Assembly (NCBI GenBank): GCA_963677435.1
Contig: OY781945.1
Location: 1,344,001 to 1,408,000 of the forward strand
Origin: an uncultured Aliarcobacter sp.
GTDB lineage: Bacteria; Campylobacterota; Campylobacteria; Campylobacterales; Arcobacteraceae
Direction of reading: 5' to 3'
Length of the DNA stretch: 64,000 nucleotides
Of this stretch, positions 53,206 to 63,800 are shown one piece after another (positions within the stretch are counted from its first letter, which is position 1; each line of letters opens with the position of its first letter). The position numbers were made by a program, and so were the translations under genes. The notes beneath the pieces were generated by a model, which was not told the DNA's origin, searched no databases, and saw only the letters and a list, made by a program, of their open reading frames with translations.

Positions 53206-53868
53206 CTAACCAACTGTTACATCTTTAGATTTTTTCTTAAAATACTCTTTTTCAACTGCACATAAAGGACAAGCTTTAGGTGGTTTTTTACCTCTATGAA
53301 CATGTCCACAAACTTCACAAATCCACTCTTCTTCATCTTCAGATTGTAAAAATCCTTCATCTATTAATGCTTGTTTTAATTCTAAATATTCTTTCTCATG
53401 TTCAACTTCAACTTTTCCAATTGCTTTAAACATTCTTGCAATCTCTTTTAATCCTTCTTCTTTTGCTATTGCTTCAAAATTTGGATACATCTCTTCATGT
53501 TCATATTTTTCACCATCTGCTGCATATTGGATATTCTTTTCTGTACTGTCTAATTCTACATTATGAACTAATTTGTTATATGCTTTAAATTCTGCAATTG
53601 CATGATATTTTTCATTTTCAGCTGCTTCTTTAAAAAATCTTGCAATTTTATGGTAACCTTCATCAAATGCAATTTGTGCAAAAAATTCATATTTATTTCT
53701 AGCTTGTGATTCCCCTGCAAAGGCTTTCATTAAGTTAACAGCTGTCAAGTTTTTTGTAACCATTTCCATCTCATGTCCACAGCAAGATAATTTTGCATTT
53801 GCACCTGTTACTTGTACTTCAACTTCACATCCACATGTGTTACATTTATAAGTTTCATATTGTTTCAT
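53206..53868 (-). CDS. rbr: Desulforubrerythrin, copy 1
   Basis: Same architecture: CNTCG...CCG, AFAGES, EKYH, EVEH, CEVC/CPLC. Confidence 0.9.
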   Translation of the reverse strand: MKQYETYKCNTCGCEVEVQVTGANAKLSCCGHEMEMVTKNLTAVNLMKAFAGESQARNKYEFFAQIAFDEGYHKIARFFKEAAENEKYHAIAEFKAYNKLVHNVELDSTEKNIQYAADGEKYEHEEMYPNFEAIAKEEGLKEIARMFKAIGKVEVEHEKEYLELKQALIDEGFLQSEDEEEWICEVCGHVHRGKKPPKACPLCAVEKEYFKKKSKDVTVG

Positions 53869-53902
53869 TTTTTCTTTTCCTATTATTAAAAGTTTATCTT
53901 AT

Positions 53903-53961
53903 GATAATTTTTATCCTTTGGTGAATTATAAAACATTTAAACTTAAAAGAAAATTATTATC
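53903..53961. promoter_or_regulatory. Fur/Per-box-like sites flanking the rbr -10 box
   Basis: GATAATTTTTATC (53903-15) and GAAAATTATTATC (53949-61) around a minus-strand TATAAT (53925-30). Confidence 0.6.
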
Positions 53962-54080
53962 CTTTGCAAAATTTTATGCTATAATTATTCAAGAGTTTGT
54001 AAATATATTTATTTATAAACTATATAATTTATGTGGAAATAAATAATAAAGTAGTATTATTCCGCAAAAGGGAGTTTTTG

Positions 54081-54485
54081 ATGACAAATTATACAAATTT
54101 ATTAAAAGAATATGATTTAAAAGTTACTCCGCAAAGAGTAGCGATTGTTGAAGAACTTTACAAAAATGGTCACATGAACATTGATGATTTATACAAAAAA
54201 CTATTATCTAAGTTCCCATCTGTATCATTAGCAACTATTTATAAAAATATTAATGCAATGATCGAAAAAGTTTTTCTTTCAGAGGTAAAAATACCAAATT
54301 CAAAATCTGTTTATGAGTTAGTTAAAGCAGAACATGCACATTTAGTTTGTTCTTCTTGTGGATATATTGAAGATATTATGGTAGATGCTTCTAGTGTTTT
54401 AAGTGAAGCTTCAAGTTTAAGTTCATTTAAAATTGATTCTACAAACATAATTTTGAGTGGTCTTTGCCCACATTGTAAAAAATAG
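54081..54485 (+). CDS. perR: Fur-family peroxide regulator (PerR-like)
   Basis: LKVTPQR, SLATIYKN, HAHLVCSSC...CPHC; divergent from rbr; ATG 54081 follows a GGGAG RBS. Confidence 0.8.
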   Translation: MTNYTNLLKEYDLKVTPQRVAIVEELYKNGHMNIDDLYKKLLSKFPSVSLATIYKNINAMIEKVFLSEVKIPNSKSVYELVKAEHAHLVCSSCGYIEDIMVDASSVLSEASSLSSFKIDSTNIILSGLCPHCKK

Positions 54486-54510
54486 TCTAGTTAGAACTAG
54501 ACTATTTTTT
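54477..54510. terminator. Bidirectional intrinsic terminator
   Basis: AAAAAATAGTCTAGTT-AG-AACTAGACTATTTTTT. Confidence 0.8.
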
Positions 54511-54929
54511 TAAGAATTTCTAACTATTAAACTATCAGGTAAATTAAACTGTTTTATCAGTTCTTCCTCTTTAGTTCTATGTTCACCATTATCAACTTCA
54601 TGGTCAAATCCTAAAAGATGCAAAATCCCATGAATAAATAAAAGTGAAAACTCTTCATTAAAGCTATGTCCATACTCTTTTGATTTTTCTTGTACAAAAT
54701 CAGTTGAAATCACAATAGAGCCCAAAGGCATATTATCAAAATCAAAATCCATAGGAAAACTTAAAACATCAGTTGCTTTATCTATGTTTCTATGTTCTTT
54801 GTTTAACACTTGTATTTCATCATTTCTTACTACAAGAAGTTCAATATCTTTTTTTGTAAGTGTGCTTGCAATTTTTTCTAAACTTGAAATATCAATTTCA
54901 AAATCTGTATTATTTTCTAAATCAATCAT
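54510..54929 (-). CDS. ybeY: rRNA maturation RNase YbeY
   Basis: TDVLSFP and HGILHLLGFDH motifs. Confidence 0.95.
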   Translation of the reverse strand: MIDLENNTDFEIDISSLEKIASTLTKKDIELLVVRNDEIQVLNKEHRNIDKATDVLSFPMDFDFDNMPLGSIVISTDFVQEKSKEYGHSFNEEFSLLFIHGILHLLGFDHEVDNGEHRTKEEELIKQFNLPDSLIVRNS

Positions 54930-54937
54930 TTTTTTCC

Positions 54938-56287
54938 TTAAAATAGTTCTATCATCTTAGAGACTTCATCAACAGCAAATGTTTTAATATCAAGTTTCAA
55001 ATTTGTTTTTTGGGCAATTACAGCTTTTTTCATTCCTTGAGCTTGGGCTTCTTTTAGCCTTATATCAATAGAATAAACATCTTTTATTTCCCCAGTTAGT
55101 GAAACTTCTCCAATAAAAGCAGACTCTTTTGAAATTGGTCTATCTCTGTAAGAAGATATTATCGCTGCAATTACAGCTAAATCAGCTGAACTCTCTTTGA
55201 TTTTTATTCCGCCACTTATATTTATAAATACATCATAATTATTCAATGGTAAATCAATTTTTTTCTCAAGAAGAGCAAGAAGCATTGTAAGTCTATTTGC
55301 ATCAAAACCTGTGGCACTTCTTTTTGGATTTGGATAAGTACTCTCTGTAACTAGCGCTTGAACTTCCAAAATTATAGCACGGCTTCCCTCCATAACAACT
55401 GTAAGAGCTGAACCACTTTGAGCTTTTGATTTATCAAAGAATTTTGAAGCAATATCTTTGGCACTTATTAATCCTTCTGCTGTCATTTCAAAAATTCCAA
55501 TTTCAGAAGTTGAACCAAATCTGTTTTTAAAACCTCTTAACATTCTCAGTTCCCTGCTGGCTTCTCCTTCAAAATATAAAACTGTATCAACCATATGTTC
55601 AAGAACCCTAGGTCCTGCGATACTTCCATCTTTTGTGATGTGTCCAATTATAAACATGGCAATGTCTGACTCTTTTGCTTTACGCATTAGCTCAAAAGTG
55701 ATTTCTCGCACTTGGCTCACACTTCCTGGTGCTGAACTTAGGTTTGATGAATAAATAGTTTGAATAGAGTCAATGATTACAACTTCATAGTTTTCTCTTA
55801 ATAATTCATCTTGAATTTCTTCAAGTTTTATTTCACTCAAAAGATATAAACTGTCATGATTTGCATCTAATCTATTTGCTCGCAGTTTTATCTGTCCAGC
55901 ACTCTCTTCCCCTGAAACATAAAGAACTTTTTTCCCTGATTTTGCAATACTTCCTGCAACTTTTAATAAAAGTGTAGATTTCCCAACTCCTGGACTTCCA
56001 CCAATTAAAGTTAAACTTCCTGGAACTATTCCACCACCAAGAACTAAATCAAACTCATCATTATAAGATGAAAATCTAGTTACATTATCTTGTTGTATTT
56101 GAGTAATTGGTACGGCTTTTGAAGTTGTGTTTACCAGTTTTGATGTATGTTTTAAAACCTCTTGTTGTTCTTGGTTTAACTCAATAAATGAATCCCATGA
56201 ACCACAATTTGGACATTTTCCAAGCCATTTTGTAGCTTGTTCTCCACAGTGTTGACACTCAAATAGTGATATTTTCTTTTTTGCCAT
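54938..56287 (-). CDS. radA: DNA repair protein RadA/Sms
   Basis: C4 zinc finger, GSPGVGKST, KNRFG, Lon-like C-terminus. Confidence 0.97.
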   Translation of the reverse strand: MAKKKISLFECQHCGEQATKWLGKCPNCGSWDSFIELNQEQQEVLKHTSKLVNTTSKAVPITQIQQDNVTRFSSYNDEFDLVLGGGIVPGSLTLIGGSPGVGKSTLLLKVAGSIAKSGKKVLYVSGEESAGQIKLRANRLDANHDSLYLLSEIKLEEIQDELLRENYEVVIIDSIQTIYSSNLSSAPGSVSQVREITFELMRKAKESDIAMFIIGHITKDGSIAGPRVLEHMVDTVLYFEGEASRELRMLRGFKNRFGSTSEIGIFEMTAEGLISAKDIASKFFDKSKAQSGSALTVVMEGSRAIILEVQALVTESTYPNPKRSATGFDANRLTMLLALLEKKIDLPLNNYDVFINISGGIKIKESSADLAVIAAIISSYRDRPISKESAFIGEVSLTGEIKDVYSIDIRLKEAQAQGMKKAVIAQKTNLKLDIKTFAVDEVSKMIELF

Positions 56288-56587
56288 AATAAAGCCTTAT
56301 TTATTCTATTGGGCAATTATAATCAAATTTTTTATAGCCTTTCTAAAATATGTCACTTTGTAATATAAATAATTAATTTTAAAAGTAATGACTCTCTCTT
56401 TTTATTTAGTATATAAATTAATAAAATATTTTTCATGTGAAAATAAAAAACTCAAGAAGATTTTTAAAAGTATTTAATTACATAATAATAAAAAAATATA
56501 ATCATTAATTTATTTAATATTAATATTAATAATAATACTATATTTATTATTTATAAAACAATAATAAGCATAAATAAGGAGAAAACG

Positions 56588-58501
56588 GTGTTTAGTAGTA
56601 TCAGAGGAAAGTTATTAGCTTTAGTTATTTTACCAGTATTAGTAATAGTAATTATTACAACTATTGTCAGTGTAAATTTAACTTATGATAATAGTGAAAA
56701 AACATTGGCTGAATTTGAAAAAAGTATAGTCAATGAGAAAAAAGAGCTTTTAAAAAATGAAGTTCTAACTGTATATACAATTATAGAAGCAATTATTGCT
56801 AATTCAAAAAGTACAGAAGAGGCAAAAAGAAAAGTTATTAGTGTTATTTCACAATCAAGATTTTTAAATGGAAGTGGTTACTTCTTTGCATATGAGAAAG
56901 TTGGGAGCGATTATCAATTTGCATTTCATGGAACTACACCTGCCTTGAACGGGACAAAAACAGATATCACAGAACCAGATACAAAAGGCTTTCAATTTAG
57001 AAAAGAGTTAATTGAAACTGGAAATGATGATAATAAATTTGTAGAATATTTCTATAAAAAACCAAATACAGATGAAGAGATAAAAAAACTTTCATTTTCT
57101 AAATATATCAAAGAGTTAGATTGGACTATTGTAACAGGTATTTATATTGATGATGTTGAAAAAAAGATTATCAAAGAGACTAAAAGAGTTGATAGTGATG
57201 TTAATTCTTTGATTTTTACTCTTATATCAATAATTGCTATTTTATTAGTTTTAATTATTGTTGTTGTTTCTTATATTTCAAAAATATCTTTAATAAATCC
57301 ATTAAAACTTTTTGAAGAAGGTTTATTGTCATTTTTATCATTTTTAAATAAAGAAAAAAAGGATGTTAGTCTAATTGAAGTTACTTCAAAAGATGAAATT
57401 GGTTTGATGACAAAAAGAATAAATGAAAATATCATAAAAATAAAAGAGACAATCGAACAAGATGAAAAAGTTATTGAAGATGTTACTCGAGTAGTTAATG
57501 ATGTTAGTTCTGGAATATTAACTAAAAAAGTTGAAGCAAAAACTACAAATAGTGTAATCAATGAATTAACAGAAGATTTAAATCTTATGATTGGAAATTT
57601 ATACAATACAATTAATCACACTATAAATGTTTTAAAATCATATGAAAGTAGAGATTTTACAAAACAAACTACTATTTCATGTAAAGGAGAACTTTGTTCA
57701 TTAACAAGTGGAGTTAATAAACTAGGAACTGAAATATCTATTATGTTAAGAGCTAATCTTGAAAATTCGGAAGTTTTAGATAAAAATGCAAATAATTTAA
57801 CATCAAATATGAATAGATTAACAGTTAGTGCAAATGAACAAGCTGCATCATTGGAAGAAACAGCAGCAGCTTTAGAAGAGATAACTGAAACTATGAGATT
57901 AAATTCTAATAACATAAATGAACTTTCTTCAAACTCTGTATCTTTAAGGGATGAAGTAAATAAAGGTAAAGAATTATCTAAAAAAACAAGCACTTCAATG
58001 GAGCAAATAAATGCAAATGTAAATGCAATAACTGAATCTATTTCTATAATTGATCAAATTGCATTTCAAACAAATATTCTTTCTTTAAATGCAGCCGTTG
58101 AAGCGGCAACTGCTGGAGAAGCAGGAAAAGGCTTTGCAGTCGTTGCAGCAGAAGTACGAAATTTAGCAAATAGAAGTGCAGAGGCTGCAAAAGAGATAAA
58201 AGCCTTAGTTGAAAGTGCAACAAAAAGTTCTAATGAAGGAAAAGATATTGTAAATGTTATGTATGAGGGATATGAAAAATTAAATAATAATATTATAAAT
58301 ACAACATCTATTGTTGATACAGTTACAACAAATGCAAAAGAACAAATGATTGGGGTTGAGCAAATAAACTCTGCAATTGGACAATTGGATAAAACTACAC
58401 AAGAAAATGCAACTATTGCTTCTGAAATTAATGAAGTAGTAAAAAGTGTACATAGTATGGCCGATAAAGTTGTAGAAGAAGTACAAAAATCTAAATTCTA
58501 A
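56588..58501 (+). CDS. Methyl-accepting chemotaxis protein with a Cache sensor domain
   Basis: Two TM segments, GYFF...[10 protein letters not shown] Cache motif, [28 protein letters not shown] signalling hairpin. Confidence 0.95.
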   Translation: MFSSIRGKLLALVILPVLVIVIITTIVSVNLTYDNSEKTLAEFEKSIVNEKKELLKNEVLTVYTIIEAIIANSKSTEEAKRKVISVISQSRFLNGSGYFFAYEKVGSDYQFAFHGTTPALNGTKTDITEPDTKGFQFRKELIETGNDDNKFVEYFYKKPNTDEEIKKLSFSKYIKELDWTIVTGIYIDDVEKKIIKETKRVDSDVNSLIFTLISIIAILLVLIIVVVSYISKISLINPLKLFEEGLLSFLSFLNKEKKDVSLIEVTSKDEIGLMTKRINENIIKIKETIEQDEKVIEDVTRVVNDVSSGILTKKVEAKTTNSVINELTEDLNLMIGNLYNTINHTINVLKSYESRDFTKQTTISCKGELCSLTSGVNKLGTEISIMLRANLENSEVLDKNANNLTSNMNRLTVSANEQAASLEETAAALEEITETMRLNSNNINELSSNSVSLRDEVNKGKELSKKTSTSMEQINANVNAITESISIIDQIAFQTNILSLNAAVEAATAGEAGKGFAVVAAEVRNLANRSAEAAKEIKALVESATKSSNEGKDIVNVMYEGYEKLNNNIINTTSIVDTVTTNAKEQMIGVEQINSAIGQLDKTTQENATIASEINEVVKSVHSMADKVVEEVQKSKF

Positions 58502-58503
58502 AT

Positions 58504-58525
58504 AGTATGACTTTTTAGTCATACT
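58504..58525 (+). terminator. Hairpin terminator after the MCP gene
   Basis: AGTATGACT-TTTT-AGTCATACT. Confidence 0.65.
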
Positions 58526-58589
58526 GTTTATCTCAATGTTTACAATAAAATAAAGTATAATCTATAGATCTTTCAACAAGGAATAAAAA

Positions 58590-58646
58590 ATGGATTTAAA
58601 ACATTACTTATATTATCAACTTCAAATAGAAGTTAAAATTTTATGA
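58590..58646 (+). CDS. Putative 18-aa leader ORF (MDLKHYLYYQLQIEVKIL)
   Basis: TATAAT 58556-61, AAGGA 58578-82, ATG 58590; its TGA overlaps the RNase H ATG (ATGA). Confidence 0.45.
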   Translation: MDLKHYLYYQLQIEVKIL

Positions 58647-59128
58647 ATTCAATAAAACTATTTACTGATTCAAGTGTAAATCCACAAGAAAAGATAGGTT
58701 TTGGTGCTTATTTGAAAATTCTTGATGAAAATATCTCTTTTCTTGAAATGAAAAATATTATAAAAACTAAAAGATTTGAAGATACCAGCTCTACAAAATT
58801 AGAGCTTCAAACACTACTTTGGGCTTTGGATGAAATAGAAATAGCCTCTTTGATTGAAGTTTATACAGATTGCCAAAATATAATAGGCTTAGAAAATAGA
58901 AGAAAAAAATTAGAATCAAATGATTATAAATCATCAAAGGGAAAATTGATGAATAATCATGAGTTATATAAACTTTTTTTTGAAAAAATTGATAAATTAA
59001 ATTTAGTTTTTATAAAAGTAAAAGGGCATAAAAAAAGTAGTTTAAAAGATAATATTGATGATATTTTTAATCTTGTAGATAAAGCTTCAAGAAATGCTTT
59101 AAGAGAAGAGTTAGCTTATCTAAAATAG
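58643..59128 (+). CDS. Ribonuclease H-like protein
   Basis: LFTDSS, LELQ, YTDCQN, KVKGH and VDKASR (D-E-D-H-D pattern). Confidence 0.8.
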   Translation: MNSIKLFTDSSVNPQEKIGFGAYLKILDENISFLEMKNIIKTKRFEDTSSTKLELQTLLWALDEIEIASLIEVYTDCQNIIGLENRRKKLESNDYKSSKGKLMNNHELYKLFFEKIDKLNLVFIKVKGHKKSSLKDNIDDIFNLVDKASRNALREELAYLK

Positions 59129-60103
59129 ATAAGCTAAATTTATTCCACCCCAATTTTCATATTCACTTTTGTGATCTGCTGAGACGAATTTTGAAGTTTT
59201 ATAAGTAAAAGATAAAACAAAATCATCAAAATATGTATCAATTGAAAAAAGATGAATAAATGTATCTTTTAATTTATCTAATTCGTAAGATTTGTCATAG
59301 TTAGTTACATAAAAATAATCTGTGTAAGAATATCCTAAACCATAAGAAACTGACCAAGCAAAATCTTTACTTCTTTTTTCATCAAGATTTAAAAGTTTAT
59401 TTTCATTTGCTCCTATAAATCTTCCAACAGTATTAAAATTGTTTGGATAATTATTCCCATATCTAATTGAACCACCTGCCATCAAAGCTCTATTATAATT
59501 TCCAACATCAACTCTTATATTGTTTAAAATATCCATTTTTCCATAAGTAAAATCATGTTGAAAGGTTCTATATCCATAGGCGTAAGTAAAGTTATATAAA
59601 AAATCATCGGATAATTGATTGTCCCAACCATTTGTTTCATTATTACCAGTAATATGATGATAAGTTCTTTGAGCTTGTTCTGCTAATGTACTAGATCCTG
59701 CCATTCCTAATGTTAACATATACTGATGAAAAAAATCTTCTTCCCATTTATATAAAATAAAATCAACTGTGATAACACCTGCATATGGTACATCACCAAT
59801 TATTTTATTGTAATTTTTAGAATCATCAGGAGTGAAAGTAAGATGAGAAATGGTCATTCCCATAGTTTGATACTTGGTATCATTATTAAAAGTAGGAATT
59901 TTTGATATTAAATCAAAAAAACTATTTTTATATTTATTTAAGTCATTTGTATCTTTATTGCTTAAATAAGTAAATGCCGTACCATTTGTATAGTGTTTGT
60001 CTTGTCCATCTACAACATCATTTTCAAAAAAAGCAGAAATTACTTGTGCATTTAGATTCAAAGACAAAAGAGAAATTGAAAAAATTTTTAGAAATAATTT
60101 CAT
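59120..60103 (-). CDS. lpxR: Lipid A deacylase LpxR family (DUF2219) outer-membrane protein
   Basis: ENDV...DKHYTNG, FTP...DVPYAG, AEQAQ..YH and GWDNQL motifs; terminal Phe. Confidence 0.8.
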   Translation of the reverse strand: MKLFLKIFSISLLSLNLNAQVISAFFENDVVDGQDKHYTNGTAFTYLSNKDTNDLNKYKNSFFDLISKIPTFNNDTKYQTMGMTISHLTFTPDDSKNYNKIIGDVPYAGVITVDFILYKWEEDFFHQYMLTLGMAGSSTLAEQAQRTYHHITGNNETNGWDNQLSDDFLYNFTYAYGYRTFQHDFTYGKMDILNNIRVDVGNYNRALMAGGSIRYGNNYPNNFNTVGRFIGANENKLLNLDEKRSKDFAWSVSYGLGYSYTDYFYVTNYDKSYELDKLKDTFIHLFSIDTYFDDFVLSFTYKTSKFVSADHKSEYENWGGINLAYLF

Positions 60104-60150
60104 TATTAATCCTTTTATTGTAATATTTCAAAAATTATATAATAATAAAA

Positions 60151-60729
60151 TTGGAAAAAAATAAAATGATAATATATATTCACGGATTTGCAAGTTCAGG
60201 ATTTGGTTCTAAACCACAAAAATTTAAAGAGTATTTTGAAGATGAACTAATAACAATCTCACTTCCAACAATCCCAAACTTAGCTATTGATACCCTAGAA
60301 CAAATCATCGAAGCTTTTTTAAATAAAGAAGAAAATGTCTATTTAGTAGGTTCTTCCCTTGGTGGATTTTATGCTTTGTTTTTAGCAAATAAGTATGATT
60401 TAAAGGCAGTTTTAATAAATCCAGCGGTTAATCCTTGGGGAACTTTGGATAGATATGAAGGTGTTGATTTAGTAACAAATTTTTATGATAATTCAAGATT
60501 TGAGTTTACAAGTGGTCATATAAAATCTCTTAAAAATTATGAAGTTGACTATATTAAAAACCCACAAAATTTTATAACACTTTTGCAAGAAGATGATGAG
60601 GTTTTAGATTTTAGTGAAGCTGCTTTAAAACTTGAAGATACAGAACTTATTATTGAAGAGGGTGGAACTCACTCTTTTGATGGAATAGAGCGATATTTCA
60701 GAAAGATAAATAGCTTTTTTTATAACTAA
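60151..60729 (+). CDS. yqiA: YqiA/YcfP family alpha/beta esterase
   Basis: YIHGFAS, GSSLGGFYA, LINPAV, DEVLD and GGTHSF motifs. Confidence 0.88.
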   Translation: MEKNKMIIYIHGFASSGFGSKPQKFKEYFEDELITISLPTIPNLAIDTLEQIIEAFLNKEENVYLVGSSLGGFYALFLANKYDLKAVLINPAVNPWGTLDRYEGVDLVTNFYDNSRFEFTSGHIKSLKNYEVDYIKNPQNFITLLQEDDEVLDFSEAALKLEDTELIIEEGGTHSFDGIERYFRKINSFFYN

Positions 60730-60819
60730 AATATAATCTCAATACCTAATATTTCAGCATTAATTAGATATAATAAATACAATTATGATGTATGGAAAAA
60801 CTTAAGGAGAGAGCCAAGA

Positions 60820-63800
60820 ATGACATTCAGAGTTGTAGATACTAGATTTCGTATCTTAAAAGGTGGAAAAATAGGTTTATCACTGTCTATTGCTTTGATA
60901 GCTGGAATGTCAACGCTTGGTAGTATAAATGCTAATGCTACAGATTATTTTACTGATGTTAATGCTGGATTATCAACAAATAATTATACTTCAGGTTCCA
61001 TTTCTTTAGATTTACAAACAGCAGGCAATACAGGAATTATTAGTGTAGTTAGAACAGAAAATACATCAGATGATATAGTATTTAAACCAACTTCATGGGC
61101 AAATAGTTATTATGATGTTCCATCTTATTCTTCAGATTATTATGGAGATGCTAGTAACCAACAAGCTTTTACTTTAAATAAAACAATAGATAGTTTAGTC
61201 TTGAATTTAACCTTGGCATCAGGAGCAAATACAGGAAATATTTCAAGAAATGCTACAACTATTTATAATACTGATGCCACAATTACTGTGTTTGCTAGTG
61301 ATACAAAAAATTTAATACAAACAACATCAACTGCATATATTACAAATCTAATTCTTCAAGGAAATAATACTGTTTCAGGAACTACAGATATTGGAAATGG
61401 AAATATTCAATTAGACGGAAGTGCAACTTTCACTGGATCTGTAACAGCAGGTTCTATAGATGTAAATACAACAAATGCTGTTACTTTTAATTCAGCAGTT
61501 GATTTATCTGCTGGAACTAATACTCTTAGTTTTAATACAACAGGAAATGTAATCCTAAATTCTGATTTAAATGGAAATGTAACAACAACTGCTAATAATC
61601 AAGGAACTTTAACAACTACAGGCTTAACACAAACAATTACAGGAAATATTGGTAGTTCAGTTTCATCTGATTTAAATACTTTAAACATAGGAAGTAGTAC
61701 AAATTCAACAAATTATTCAGTTACAACAATAAATGGAAATGTATATTCAAATAGTACAGTTTTAAATAATAATGGAACGACAAATAGTTCAGAGTTAATA
61801 TTATCAAGTGGAAAAAATATTACTTCTTCTATTTCAACAGCAGATGCAAATATGGGTATTTTAACTCTTGCTGGTGGTACACAAACAGTAACTGGACAAG
61901 TTGGGACAAATACAGAAAGATTGGCACAAATAAATTCTGGTGCAAACGGAGCTACATCATCATTTGTAAATGATGTATATGCTGTAAATGTAACAAATAC
62001 AGGAACAGGAACAACAACTTTTCAAAATGATGTAGTTGCAACTAATGCAAATGTAAATGCTGGAACAACAACTTTTCAAGATAATTTAACAGCAACAACT
62101 ACAACAATTACAACAGGAACTGGTAATTTTAATACAGTTTCGGGAACTACAATATCGGATATTGTATTTAGTGGTACTGGAACAGCAAATTTGTATGCTG
62201 ATTTAAGAGGAAATGTAACAACAACTGCTGATAATCAAGGAATTTTAACAATTATTGGAAGTTCAACTGGTAAAAATCAAACTATTGATGGAAATATTGG
62301 AAGTTCCAGTTCTTTAGATTTATCTACATTAAATATTGGAGAGACAGGAGCCTCTACAAATTATACTGTTACAACAATAACTGGAAATGTATATGCAAAT
62401 AATACAGTTTTAAATAATGGAACAACAAATAGTTCAGAGTTAATATTATCAAGTGGGAAAAATATTATATCAAATATTACAACAGCAGATAATGGAAAAG
62501 GTATATTAACTTTAGAAGGTGGAATACAAACTGTAACAGGAACAGTTGGAGGAACAGGGGCATTATTAAAAACAGTAAACGCAGGAGCAAATGGTGCAAC
62601 TACAACATTTAGCTCAGATGTTTATGCGACAAACCTAAATGTAACAGGAACAGGTGAAGTAGATTTAAATGGTAATTATACAGGAACAGCAATAACTTAT
62701 AATGCAGATGGAACAGTAAAATTAGCAGATAATAAAAATATAACGTCAGCAGTAATAACAAATGCAAATGATACAGGTACTTTAACATTGTTGGGTACAT
62801 CAACAGTAAGTGGACAAGTAGGAGATTCAACAAATAAATTAAAAGTTGTAAACGCAGGAGCAAATGGTGCAACTACAACATTTAGCTCAGATGTTTATGC
62901 GACAAACCTAAATGTAACAGGAACAGGTGAAGTAGATTTAAATGGTAATTATACAGGAACAGCAATAACTTATAATGCAGATGGAACAGTAAAATTAGCA
63001 GATAATAAAAATATAACGTCAGCAGTAATAACAAATGCAAATGATACAGGTACTTTAACATTGTTGGGGACATCAACAGTAAGTGGACAAGTAGGAGATT
63101 CAACAAATAAATTAAAAGTTGTAAACGCAGGAGCAAATGGTGCAACTACAACATTTAGCTCAGATGTTTATGCGACAAACCTAAATGTAACAGGAACAGG
63201 TGAAGTAGATTTAAATGGTAATTATACAGGAACAGCAATAACTTATAATGCAGATGGAACAGTAAAATTAGCAGATAATAAAAATATAACGTCAGCAGTA
63301 ATAACAAATGCAAATGATACAGGTACTTTAACATTGTTGGGTACATCAACAGTAAGTGGACAAGTAGGAGATTCAACAAATAAATTAAAAGTTGTAAACG
63401 CAGGAGCAAATGGAGAAATAGGAACATTTAGCTCAGATGTTTATGCGACAAACCTAAATGTAACAGGAACAGGTGAAGTAGATTTAAATGGTAATTATAC
63501 AGGAACAGCAATAACTTATAATGCAGATGGAACAGTAAAATTAGCAGATAATAAAAATATAACGTCAGCAGTAATAACAAATGCAAATGATACAGGTACT
63601 TTAACATTGTTGGGTACATCAACAGTAAGTGGACAAGTAGGAGATTCAACAAATAAATTAAAAGTTGTAAACGCAGGAGCAAATGGTGCAACTACAACAT
63701 TTAGCTCAGATGTTTATGCGACAAACCTAAATGTAACAGGAACAGGTGAAGTAGATTTAAATGGTAATTATACAGGAACAGCAATAACTTATAATGCAGA

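Noticed and set aside
54033..54080. GTG-start N-terminal extension of perR
   Set aside because: The GGGAG RBS precedes ATG 54081, which gives a normal Fur-family length
56288..56587. Very AT-rich radA-MCP intergenic region as an origin or sRNA
   Set aside because: No DnaA-box cluster or terminator-bounded unit seen; consistent with divergent promoters
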